DNA from: Candidatus Spechtbacteria bacterium
Lineage (GTDB): Bacteria > Patescibacteriota > Minisyncoccia > Spechtbacterales > JACPHP01
Assembly: GCA_016188605.1 (NCBI GenBank)
Contig: JACPHP010000013.1
Span: forward strand, 2,846-66,845
DNA length: 64,000 nucleotides
Direction: 5' to 3'
Part shown: piece by piece, positions 1 through 8,660 of the stretch
Layout of the letters: each line of letters opens with the position of its first letter
Position numbering within the stretch: the stretch's first letter is position 1
The notes under the pieces: generated by a model
Seen by the model: the letters and a program-made list of their open reading frames with translations, nothing else
Told to the model about the DNA's origin: nothing
The model's database searches: none
Position numbers and translations under genes: made by a program

Positions 1-2877
1 GTGACCCGTTTTGTAATCAACCACAATCACATCGTAGCCGTTCGGCTGAATTTCTAACTTATCTAGTTTACCCGTCAGGCGAATTATATCGCTTAGCGGT
101 ATAGAAATAGAACGTTCGTTCTCGGTGTTTTTGTTCCACGCGCCTCTATACTCTTCGTAGTATTTATCGAGCGTTTCCTCACCTCTAGCTTTGGCAGACT
201 GATAATCATGTTCATTAAGAAGTTCTGTTGCAAGGGCAAAATTAAATCGCTCAAGCAAGAATTCTTTAGGCGTGTTTGCATCTGTTTTTAAACGCTCAAA
301 AAAATCATGAAGTCCCGCGTGAATTGCCGTGCCATACATTTGCTGTTTGCTTGGCGCGTGCGGCACGCGAAGTAAATTGATATAAAAATATTTCCATGGA
401 CATTCAAGATAGTTATTAAAAGCTGTTACGGGTAAGCCGCGTTTTGTAAATAATTCAGCAACGAATTCGCGCTCTTGCAGTGGCGGCGTGGTTGCGATAG
501 ATGATGAAAAGAATAACGCTGGGTTTTGTTGTGCCTCAAGCTCGTATGCCTCGGTGCCACCGCGAGCAACAAGTTCACTTCTGATCTCGGATATAAAATT
601 GGTTGGGATTTGTTCTCTGCCAGCATCGTTTAATAAAGTACAGCTGATATGCGCGCCGTGGCGAGCGCGAGTAAGCGCGACAAAGAAAAGACGGCGCTCG
701 TCTTCATATTTGTCTATTTTGGGGTCAGTATCTATTAAAGATGGCCGAGGAGGGTCTGACCCTCCTTTTAGGAGGGTCAGACCCTCCTCGGACGCTGTTA
801 TTAGTTGAGGCAAGCGAAACAGACGTGGCTTTACCCGCCCACCCCATTTTGAGTCCGCCGCATTTGGCACAAAAACATAATCAAACTCAAGGCCTTTCGC
901 GCCATGAACGCTCATCACGCGCACAGCTCGCAGCGATGCTTTAAATGAGCTAGTCTTTATTTTAATGTTATGCTTTTCTACAAGATCGAGATGCTGTAGA
1001 AAATCCGCAAGATTCGCTTTACGCGAAGTCCCACCGCTGCTGGGATGAGATGAAAGAAAATTCTTCAATTCACGAAAAAGCGCGTGAATACCCGCCATCA
1101 TTCGCGGGTCATCGCCATTCTGTTTTACTATATCCAAAAATTTTCCTTCGCGGACAATGCGTTCGAAAAGCACCAGCGCGTTTTCGCTCGCCAAATCCTG
1201 TCTTATACCCGAAAGTAAGGAGTAGGCATGAAAAATAGCCGGCGAATTTTCAAAATGCAGTTTTTTATGCACCTGCGTAGCGCCCATTAGCTCTATAACT
1301 GTCGGTTTTACGTCGTCGGTCTTTTTTTTCGAATCTAAGTTATCCACATAGGGTATCCCGAGCACCCCATGTCTATGGTGCGCATATTCTATTTTGTTGC
1401 GATAAGCAAAAAGACGATATATATCAATTGGCGGAATGCCAAGCGTATCAATATGTAATACTGGGAGAAGCTTTTCGTCACTTCCAAAATCAACCGCGTA
1501 GCGCATGATGCTAAGTATTTTTTTAACTTGCGCGTCTTCCAGCATGTCGTGCTGTGATTCCCAAACATAAGGTATGCCTAGCTTTGCAAAAATGGAAGTC
1601 ACGGGAACAGCGCTTTCGTGCTCGCGCACGAGAACCGCAATTTCGCGCGGATCAACGCCGTTTGCAATTAACTCCTCAATTTTTTTGCCGATAAAATAGT
1701 TTTCTGACTGGGTATCAGCGAATTCCCAAAACTCAATCGGTTTTTTAGGTTCATACCTAGGGCCTCCGGGAGGCCCTAGGTATGAACCTTCTCTGTTCGC
1801 ATACAAAGCATCGTTTACTTCGGGGAGAATGTTGCTGATTCTGCTTTGGTTTTGCTTTATTAAATCCATTGCGCCGTCGAGTATTGGCTGTGATGAGCGA
1901 TAGTTCTGATGTAGCGTAATCAGCTTTGCGCCACTAAAGCGTTTATGAAAGTACAGAAAGTTAGCAAGCGTCGCGCCTTGAAAGCGAAAAATTGCCTGCT
2001 TCTCATCCCCCACCACAAAAAGATTTGGCGCTTCATTTTCAGAACATAGCAATGCCAGCACATTATTCTGGCCGTTGTTTGTGTCCTGATGTTCATCTAC
2101 TAGAATATAGTCGTATGCTTCCGAAACACGCATGCGGAAGTTCTCGTCGTTTTGCAGTTTCTTTACCACAAACAAAATCATATCGTTATAGTCGTAACGT
2201 TTTTGCTGTGCTAATTCCTGCTGATAGCGCTCATATACAACCACGAGTTCCCTATTTTTATTGATAAACTTTTCCTGATCTTGATATTTTCCCTTCATCT
2301 TGCCTTCATGTGCGCCTTTTTCGTGGTACAAGTCATCAATTTGTAAAAACGCGTTATGTTCTTTTTCAACAAGCTCGCTAAGTGCGGCTGGCGTGACTCC
2401 TTCGCGTTTTAACGTGCTGATTTCGGCGAGCGCGGATTTGATGTAAAAATATGGGTCGCCGAATGGGCGCAGCAGCGAGAGGGGTGTGTTGTCGAAAATT
2501 TGCTCAAGCAATTGTACTTGCTCAACCTCGCTTACGTTTTCCGCGGTGCCAACTTGCGGAAAATCTTCCGGATATCGCTGGATAAGCGCGTTGCAAAAAC
2601 TGTGAAATGTTAAAACCGTCACGTAATATCCTTGCGTGCCAATGAGCTCGCTCAAACGCTTACGCATGGCAGAAACACCCGCTTCACTGAATGTAAGCGC
2701 GAGAATTCTTTGCGGCGCAATTTTTTTCTGGCGCAAAATATTGGCGATACGAAGAGCCAATATTTGTGTTTTGCCAGTCCCCGGCCCCGCAATAACCATA
2801 ACCGGGCCGTCGAGCGTGTCTACGGCCTGCTTTTGCTCAGGATTTAACTTTTGATAGAGGGTATCGAAAGAGGACAT
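1..2877 (-). CDS. ATP-dependent DNA helicase, UvrD/PcrA family (C-terminus runs off the window start)
   Basis: Minus-strand translation gives the Walker A sequence AGPGTGKT near the N-terminus (about 2790), the DEHQDTN (DExx) box, and motif VI EDERRLFFVALTRAR (about 660-730). The reading frame stays open to position 1. No complete ORF is listed because the gene leaves the window. Confidence 0.85.
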   Translation of the reverse strand, partial: MSSFDTLYQKLNPEQKQAVDTLDGPVMVIAGPGTGKTQILALRIANILRQKKIAPQRILALTFSEAGVSAMRKRLSELIGTQGYYVTVLTFHSFCNALIQRYPEDFPQVGTAENVSEVEQVQLLEQIFDNTPLSLLRPFGDPYFYIKSALAEISTLKREGVTPAALSELVEKEHNAFLQIDDLYHEKGAHEGKMKGKYQDQEKFINKNRELVVVYERYQQELAQQKRYDYNDMILFVVKKLQNDENFRMRVSEAYDYILVDEHQDTNNGQNNVLALLCSENEAPNLFVVGDEKQAIFRFQGATLANFLYFHKRFSGAKLITLHQNYRSSQPILDGAMDLIKQNQSRISNILPEVNDALYANREGSYLGPPGGPRYEPKKPIEFWEFADTQSENYFIGKKIEELIANGVDPREIAVLVREHESAVPVTSIFAKLGIPYVWESQHDMLEDAQVKKILSIMRYAVDFGSDEKLLPVLHIDTLGIPPIDIYRLFAYRNKIEYAHHRHGVLGIPYVDNLDSKKKTDDVKPTVIELMGATQVHKKLHFENSPAIFHAYSLLSGIRQDLASENALVLFERIVREGKFLDIVKQNGDDPRMMAGIHALFRELKNFLSSHPSSGGTSRKANLADFLQHLDLVEKHNIKIKTSSFKASLRAVRVMSVHGAKGLEFDYVFVPNAADSKWGGRVKPRLFRLPQLITASEEGLTLLKGGSDPPRPSLIDTDPKIDKYEDERRLFFVALTRARHGAHISCTLLNDAGREQIPTNFISEIRSELVARGGTEAYELEAQQNPALFFSSSIATTPPLQEREFVAELFTKRGLPVTAFNNYLECPWKYFYINLLRVPHAPSKQQMYGTAIHAGLHDFFERLKTDANTPKEFLLERFNFALATELLNEHDYQSAKARGEETLDKYYEEYRGAWNKNTENERSISIPLSDIIRLTGKLDKLEIQPNGYDVIVVDYKTGH
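748..794. repeat. Perfect GC-rich palindrome CCGAGGAGGGTCTGACCCTCC-TTTTA-GGAGGGTCAGACCCTCCTCGG inside the helicase CDS (in frame)
   Basis: Read directly. The minus-strand frame stays open through it, encoding EEGLTLLKGGSDPPRP. The same GGAGGGTCAGACCCTCC unit forms the recR/rplU terminator. Confidence 0.9.
1747..1787. repeat. Perfect 41-bp palindrome GGTTCATACCTAGGGCCTCC|GGGAGGCCCTAGGTATGAACC inside the helicase CDS (in frame)
   Basis: Read directly; encodes YLGPPGGPRYEP. It shares the CCTAGG/GGAGG modules with the palindromes at 12052-12075 and 63520-63558. Confidence 0.9.
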
Positions 2878-2884
2878 AAAAAAT

Positions 2885-2990
2885 GACCATCAACGAATAA
2901 CGAATCTGCTACGAATTTACGAATATGGTTAGCAAATTCGTTTATTCGCACAGGATTCGTTATTCGTTGATGATAGATGTGTGGTATTCC
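2885..2990. repeat. Word-based imperfect palindrome (word CGAATAACGAAT)
   Basis: CATCAACGAATAACGAATCTGCTACGAATTTACGAAT ... ATTCGTTTATTCGCACAGGATTCGTTATTCGTTGATG. Same word family as 42630-42716. Confidence 0.85.
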
Positions 2991-3385
2991 CTCGGCTTAT
3001 AAGCCTTCATCACTCGAACAACAATTTTCGCCCCGTTTTCTTTCATCCAGCGGTAAATATCTTTTTTAAGTTCTTTCTGGTCATATCCAAGGCATACCAC
3101 GTCTGGTTTGAGGCGTTTTAGCGCAAGATACTCCCCCGTTTCCTTGTCTCCGAGCACCGCCCTATCAACGAGATGATGTGCCGCAACGCGACTGCGGCGT
3201 TGGCGTTCATTTAGCTGAGATGTTTTGCCTTTTAATTGAAGCGCTATTTCATCTCTTCCTACAATAACAACAATCTCATCGCCGTATGCTCGCGCCTGTT
3301 GTAAAAAATGTTCGTGCCCTAAATGTAGGCCGTCAAAAATACCAAAAACCACTACTCTCTTTTTTAATTTATTATTTTGTTCCAT
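2960..3385 (-). CDS. HxGH-type nucleotidyltransferase (cytidylyltransferase / FAD-synthetase-like family)
   Basis: N-terminal VVVFGIFDGLHLGHEHF matches the (T/H)xGH nucleotidyltransferase signature seen in RibF N-domains and TagD-like cytidylyltransferases. Product is 141 aa. Confidence 0.5.
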   Translation of the reverse strand: MEQNNKLKKRVVVFGIFDGLHLGHEHFLQQARAYGDEIVVIVGRDEIALQLKGKTSQLNERQRRSRVAAHHLVDRAVLGDKETGEYLALKRLKPDVVCLGYDQKELKKDIYRWMKENGAKIVVRVMKAYKPREYHTSIINE

Positions 3386-3420
3386 GTCTTTATTAAAGCA
3401 AGATGGGAGTAAAAAGACAA

Positions 3421-3545
3421 ATAATTTCGAATTTTTAATTTTGAATTTCGAATGAATTTTGAATGACTAAAATTAGAAAAACTATCTGTAATCTTGTTAG
3501 CTTATAGGCTTTCGAAATTAAATATTTCTAATTTTATTCAAAATT
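3421..3545. repeat. Word-based imperfect palindrome (word GAATTTCGAAT / ATTCAAAATTC)
   Basis: Lies upstream of lipB. Confidence 0.7.
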
Positions 3546-3609
3546 CAAGTCCTCTTGTACTTTCTCCAAATACAATGTACGTAAAAGCTATAGAGAGGTG
3601 TGATACGAC

Positions 3610-4359
3610 ATGCTGACATGGCTCTGGCTCGGCCTATATGATTTTTTAGAAATGCTGGAACTGCAAGAGCGATTGTTCCTTAACAAGCAACAAGGCGATG
3701 ACAAGAATTATCTCATTTTCGCGGAACATTCGCCCGTTTATACATATGACGAACGAAAGCCGCGAGATCATCTTTGGCGCTTGCCAAAGCCAGCTAGTGT
3801 GCCGCTAATCCATGCGCCACGCGCTGGCAGTATCACTTATCATGGCCCGGGTCAGCTTGTTTGTTACTGTATTCTAGATTTGAAAACGCTCGACCTTGAT
3901 GGTCCTCTTGCCTTGAATTGGGTTATAGAGGAAACGATCATCCGCACGCTTGCCGAATTTGGCATTGTCGGACATCGGCGCAAAGAACCAGTCGCGGCGC
4001 AAGGCGTATGGGTTACAGGCAGTGACGGCGTAGAGCGTAAAATTGCCTCGCGCGGCATTTCTACAAATAAAGGCATTGCTCGTTTCGGCTTTGCGCTTAA
4101 CGTCACGACCGAGCTGTCTTATTTTGATTACATATATCCGTGCGGCATTAATATACAGATGACTTCCGTATACCGCGAGTGTCGTAAATACATTGATTTA
4201 AACGCAGTCGCGCGCCTCCTCGTGTATCATTTTGAAAAAGTTATCGATGATAGAAAAGAGGCGATGCCGCACGACGAGATTGCTTTTCCGCCAGCGGCAT
4301 CTGCCCGCCTCTGGCGTGGCCTGCCCGCCTCTGGCGGGGATCGCGATGACAAAAAGTAG
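3610..4359 (+). CDS. lipB: Lipoyl(octanoyl) transferase LipB
   Basis: RAGSITYHGPGQLVCY matches the LipB R-G-G-x-x-T-Y-H-G-P-G-Q motif. The gene lies next to E2/E1 genes. The 3' end (4290-4345) is made of two tandem copies of the CTGCCCGCCTCTGGCG repeat motif. Confidence 0.8.
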   Translation: MLTWLWLGLYDFLEMLELQERLFLNKQQGDDKNYLIFAEHSPVYTYDERKPRDHLWRLPKPASVPLIHAPRAGSITYHGPGQLVCYCILDLKTLDLDGPLALNWVIEETIIRTLAEFGIVGHRRKEPVAAQGVWVTGSDGVERKIASRGISTNKGIARFGFALNVTTELSYFDYIYPCGINIQMTSVYRECRKYIDLNAVARLLVYHFEKVIDDRKEAMPHDEIAFPPAASARLWRGLPASGGDRDDKK

Positions 4360-4387
4360 CGACATTTCTACAAAAGTAAAACCCCGC

Positions 4388-4425
4388 CAGATAAAACTGA
4401 CGGGGTAATTTTTTATAAAAAAGAT
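4388..4425. terminator. Bidirectional hairpin terminator between convergent lipB and E2
   Basis: AAACCCCGCCAGATAAAACTGACGGGGTAATTTTTT has a 9-bp stem with one mismatch and a T-run. Confidence 0.5.
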
Positions 4426-4428
4426 TAA

Positions 4429-5994
4429 TTAACACTTGCCACAAAGTTCTTGCAATTCCGGAATGATGTGTTCGTCAAGCTCACCGAACACTGTGTCTAT
4501 AAATCGTGTTATGAATCCACCGCCCACCGCGCGATGATCAAAAGTAATGGGAATTGTCGCCCAACCATCTCTGTCAATCTCGCCAAGATCTACTTGCAGA
4601 GAAACATCCTTTGTTAGAAGCGAATAACCAGACCGCTGACGAACCTTCGAGCGACGCGCGGGAGGAATCAGCGTCTTTAATCCTCCGATATTATTAAAAA
4701 TAAAAGTAAATCCTTTTTGCTCCATTAAAGTAAAGGTGCGATCCTGCGACTTTCGCTGAAGAGTAGCAGTCGCGCGAGCAAGATCAACAAGAGAAAGTGT
4801 GTTTGCCTGACGCACTGTCAAAATTACGAGCTCATCTCGTGGCGTATTAAACGCGATGCCGAGATTTATATTCATGCTTCGCACAAACACCAACTTACCT
4901 TTTTCATCGGTATCTATATATCCATTCAAAAACGCGGCGAACTCGTCTCGCGCAAGCACTCGAACAAGCGCGGCAACAAAAGGAAACGCAAGCTGAAGTT
5001 TCACTCCGACCCTTTTTTCAAATTTTTGTCCATACCATTGCCGAAACGAAGTAAGAATGGATACATCGTGATCTTTTTCATCTTGACCAGTTGGTTTTTT
5101 CCAACCCTCCTCAAGATTTCGCGCGATGGCTTGTTGCACAGGCGAAAGAGGAATTATTTTTGTTTCCGCGCCATTGCTGACAGCGGGAGTTGTGGAAGGA
5201 GCAGGGGTAGTAGGAGTTGGTAAAATTTGCTTATCAAAAACAAGGAATTTTTCAACATCTGCGGGAAGAATTATTCCATCGGGACCTGTTCCCGCTATTC
5301 CCGCAGCATCAAGATCAATGCCGCGTTCTCGCGCAAGCGCACGCGCTGCTGGGCTTGCCCTGAGCTCTTTATTGTCGAAGGGGCTTGCCTTGATAGCCAC
5401 ATTTGATGGAACAACCGACATTTTCGATTCTACATTTTGCGTAGCAAGAATAGCAGAAGAAACTTCACGCACTAATTGTTGTGTATCCGTTACATGGCGC
5501 TCATACGCCTCAACCTGTTCTTTTCCAATTCTTCCCGTGGAGTCAACGCCAACGATTTTATAAACAGCTGCCGGGTCGATATTGCGCGCGCGCATCATTT
5601 GCCAGGCAAGAGGAGTTATTTTATAAGGCATATCAATTGTTTCTTCTGGCTCAATAGACGCGCTATTGGACAAAATTGAACGGCCGATAGACAACACCGG
5701 CTCATCTTCAATATAACCAAGAACGGTGCGATAAAACGTTATGCCGCCGCTCTGTTCTTGCAGATCGCTAGTTACCTGAAATTCACCGCCGTCAGTGTAA
5801 ATAATTTCTACCAAAACGCCTAATATTTTTGCTTTCAGCGTTACTTCTGCTTTTTCCGTTTGAATTACTACAAGATCATCGCCAATTTTTATCGTTTCGC
5901 CTTGTTTGCGCAGCCATTGAATAACGGACATTTCCAAAGTTCCGGGATAAGAACCTCCCGTGTCTTCGGTTGATACGCGTATTGGGTGGCGCAT
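4429..5994 (-). CDS. Dihydrolipoamide acyltransferase, E2 component of a 2-oxoacid dehydrogenase complex
   Basis: N-terminal lipoyl domain (VIQTEKAEVTLKA), two peripheral-subunit-binding domains (ASPAARALARERGIDLD; TPLAWQMMRARNIDPAAV), Pro/Thr linker, and catalytic domain with TFDHRAVGGG (DHR-x-G). Confidence 0.85.
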   Translation of the reverse strand: MRHPIRVSTEDTGGSYPGTLEMSVIQWLRKQGETIKIGDDLVVIQTEKAEVTLKAKILGVLVEIIYTDGGEFQVTSDLQEQSGGITFYRTVLGYIEDEPVLSIGRSILSNSASIEPEETIDMPYKITPLAWQMMRARNIDPAAVYKIVGVDSTGRIGKEQVEAYERHVTDTQQLVREVSSAILATQNVESKMSVVPSNVAIKASPFDNKELRASPAARALARERGIDLDAAGIAGTGPDGIILPADVEKFLVFDKQILPTPTTPAPSTTPAVSNGAETKIIPLSPVQQAIARNLEEGWKKPTGQDEKDHDVSILTSFRQWYGQKFEKRVGVKLQLAFPFVAALVRVLARDEFAAFLNGYIDTDEKGKLVFVRSMNINLGIAFNTPRDELVILTVRQANTLSLVDLARATATLQRKSQDRTFTLMEQKGFTFIFNNIGGLKTLIPPARRSKVRQRSGYSLLTKDVSLQVDLGEIDRDGWATIPITFDHRAVGGGFITRFIDTVFGELDEHIIPELQELCGKC

Positions 5995-6004
5995 TGCAAT
6001 CCTC

Positions 6005-8209
6005 CTAAAACTTCATTGCGTCGCGAACGGCTTCAGCTAGCCGACGCGAACGAAGTCGAGTGTCATTTTCACGTTTTTCAAGCTCAAAAGGCAAACGATC
6101 CCATTCCAACACCGAGGCGCTAGGAATTGGGATGTCTTTTGCCGCGAGAACAACAATCGGAGCGCGTAACCGTGACCAAACCCCAACATCGCTGTCCAGG
6201 TCATCCTTGATATACGCACCCACACCGCCCTTGCGGCTTGCCTCATGCATAATAATCACTCGGCCGGTCTTTTTGGCAGAAACGGCAATAGTTTCAATGT
6301 CCAAAGGCACCACCGTACGCAAGTCCACAACTTCACATTCAATGCCTTCCTTGGCAAGCTCTTCTGCTTCGTTAAGTGCCGCTTGCACCGCGCAAGCGCC
6401 ATATACAACAACAGTTACATCTTTACCCTCACGCTTAACAGCTGCCTTGCCCAACGGAATCATGTATGGCTCGTTAGGCACCAACCGTCGAAATTCACGC
6501 TTGCCGTGCGCGTAAATCTGCATATATATGACGACGGGATTAGGATCCTCGTTTGCTGCCCGTAAAAGGCCGGCGAGGTCGTAGGCATCCGCGGGAAATA
6601 CGACCTTCCATCCCTGATTGTGAAAAAAATCCGCTTCCGTACAATCGCTATGGTAATGGCCGGAACCTCCCTCTCCCACAACGCCGAAATGGTTAAGAAG
6701 AACTATGGGATAGAGCCGCTTTTTTTGATAAAAATTAGCCCCAACAACATAGTCCACTATTACTAAAGATTCTTTGCCAAAAGGCGCGTATTCGTACTCT
6801 CCCCATGGTTTCAATCCCATTGAAGCGCGGCCAACAAGATTTGCAACAAGCGCTTCTTCGGAAATAGGAGTATTAAAAACTCTGCCGTTGCCAAATTTTT
6901 CTTCTAACCCGCGCCATAGGGCAAACACACCGCCTGTGGGATGAGCAATGTCCTCTCCGCAAAATGTAACGCTAGAATCATTGCGCAGACATTCCTCCAA
7001 TACCATCAAAGCGGCAGTATTGTATGGCACAAGACGACTATTTTCTTGCGCTGGTTTGACTTCTTGCAAAGTATAAACGTGAGGAGCAAAACGCGCAGAG
7101 TCTTTCTGGTCTTCCTCGAGTGATACGTTTTGTTCTTCCAAGGCACTTTCGGAACGAGCATTCATCTCGTCTTCAGCCCGATTTTCTATCTCATCAATCT
7201 CGCGTTCGCTTAAAATCTGATGCGAAATAAGATAATTCGCAAACCGTTTAAGCGGTTCGCTTGCCCAAGAAGCTTCAAGCTCCATTTTTTCTTCTGAGGT
7301 TAACGTTCCGTGCTGGTCTTCGTTATGCGCAGTGCGCCGATAGGTATGAGCGATAATAAGCGAGCTTCCTTCAAGCCGCTGCGCCCTATGAGCTGCAATT
7401 TTTATCGCATCCGCAACTTCAAGCGGATCATCGCCATCTACATCAAGTCCACACCAACCGGGATATCCAAGCGCGCGCTGAGCAAAGTGGGAGGGACGCC
7501 CTTTATGCGCATTTCCATGTTCTTCGCGGGGGTCAGTATAAAGAGATTTTTGATTAACCTGTATAACTACAATAAGCGGAGCTCCCCGCTGAACGCCCGT
7601 CTTGCGAGCAAGATCGTCCAAAAACGGCTCCTGCTCAGACAATTCTTTTTCGGAAAGAGGAGCATTGGACGCCGCAACCCAATTCATCACCTCGTGAACA
7701 ACACCCTGCTGCGCGGCGCCCTCTCCAAAGCATGATACGACCACAGGCCGTTTTGATGGTTCGCGGCCGTCGTACTCCAACATACGAAGAGCTTCTGCGC
7801 GCCCAGCCGATACCCCGATCATTGCCGCCATGTGAGACACATCGAATCCACCGATGCGGTGTTCTGGAAATCCAAAATGCACATTTGCATCACGCCCGCG
7901 GTCTGGGCTCGTGGCTTTCAAGTAGTGATTTTTTATAAACTCATAAGAAAGATCCACGCCAAGAATATCACTCATTGCGGGTGTCAATGACCACAACGTT
8001 CGATGATCGCCATCTTTCCACGATTTTTCAGCAATACCAAGTTCGTGCAACCCCCACACAATGCCAGCGCCTATAGCTTCCTGACCCATCGCCGTAAGTA
8101 ATGGGCCGTGAATTTTAGCGCGATTTCTCTTTAATACATTGCAAAGCGCGCGGGCTGAAGCAAGCCAGTAATATAACCTGGATAATTCCTCGCGTTTTTT
8201 CGTACTCAT
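6005..8209 (-). CDS. 2-oxoacid dehydrogenase E1 component, fused alpha/beta subunits (TPP-dependent)
   Basis: The 734-aa product has an N-terminal half with E1-alpha features (GQEAIGAG, SCFGEGAAQQG) and a C-terminal half with E1-beta / transketolase-like features (HPTGGVFALWRGLEEKFG, NTPISEEA, C-terminal transketolase-C-like region). Confidence 0.8.
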   Translation of the reverse strand: MSTKKREELSRLYYWLASARALCNVLKRNRAKIHGPLLTAMGQEAIGAGIVWGLHELGIAEKSWKDGDHRTLWSLTPAMSDILGVDLSYEFIKNHYLKATSPDRGRDANVHFGFPEHRIGGFDVSHMAAMIGVSAGRAEALRMLEYDGREPSKRPVVVSCFGEGAAQQGVVHEVMNWVAASNAPLSEKELSEQEPFLDDLARKTGVQRGAPLIVVIQVNQKSLYTDPREEHGNAHKGRPSHFAQRALGYPGWCGLDVDGDDPLEVADAIKIAAHRAQRLEGSSLIIAHTYRRTAHNEDQHGTLTSEEKMELEASWASEPLKRFANYLISHQILSEREIDEIENRAEDEMNARSESALEEQNVSLEEDQKDSARFAPHVYTLQEVKPAQENSRLVPYNTAALMVLEECLRNDSSVTFCGEDIAHPTGGVFALWRGLEEKFGNGRVFNTPISEEALVANLVGRASMGLKPWGEYEYAPFGKESLVIVDYVVGANFYQKKRLYPIVLLNHFGVVGEGGSGHYHSDCTEADFFHNQGWKVVFPADAYDLAGLLRAANEDPNPVVIYMQIYAHGKREFRRLVPNEPYMIPLGKAAVKREGKDVTVVVYGACAVQAALNEAEELAKEGIECEVVDLRTVVPLDIETIAVSAKKTGRVIIMHEASRKGGVGAYIKDDLDSDVGVWSRLRAPIVVLAAKDIPIPSASVLEWDRLPFELEKRENDTRLRSRRLAEAVRDAMKF

Positions 8210-8477
8210 CCCCTGCCTCCTTCGGTTGCCGTAGCTTTTCCGCCCGAGGCGGACATGTCCGCCCGAAATGCCTGCCCGCCTCTGGCGTAGACCATCTGTA
8301 ATTATTGCCCTGGCTGAAACGTAGAAGACCCACTAAATTGTTAAATAACTCGGCAGGCTCCTCAAGCAGGAGTCTACGATGTCACACATATCACTTTATT
8401 ATATGGCTAGCAATAGAATTAAGTTGTATAATAATACTACGAATATCGGAATGAAACATCTTTAAATAAGTTTGAGT

Positions 8478-8590
8478 TGTAAAAAATTTCAACGATTTAA
8501 AAATGAATACAGAATTTAGAATACAGAATACAGGAAAACGTCGTGTTTAGTCCCTATATTCGGTATTCTGTATTCATTATTCAAAACAAG
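8478..8590. repeat. Word-based imperfect palindrome (word GAATACAGAATAC)
   Basis: GAATACAGAATTTAGAATACAGAATACAGG ... CCCTATATTCGGTATTCTGTATTCATTATTC. Same word as 44461-44570, 17941-18005 and the in-CDS repeat at 47811-47850. Confidence 0.8.
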
Positions 8591-8660
8591 GATTAGATTC
8601 ATAAAACCTTACATTGAATGGTCATTACGATTTCTCATCTGACTATTTGTTAATTAACCT

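Noticed and set aside
488-944. Plus-strand ORFs 488..808 and 741..944 (and 93..281 and 426..626 on the minus strand in other frames) inside the helicase region.
   Set aside because: They are antisense or out of frame relative to a long continuous UvrD/PcrA reading frame with clear helicase motifs. The 741..944 ORF is created by the in-frame palindrome.
5126-5563. Plus-strand ORFs antisense to the E2 gene (5026..5223, 5126..5563, 5476..5679).
   Set aside because: They are shadow ORFs within a well-supported E2 acyltransferase gene. They are Ala/Gly/Ser-rich, as expected from the antisense of a GC-moderate gene.
4429-8209. Calling the E1/E2 genes specifically pyruvate dehydrogenase (pdhABC).
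   Set aside because: Motifs identify the 2-oxoacid dehydrogenase family. Substrate specificity (pyruvate, branched-chain or acetoin) cannot be resolved without phylogeny.
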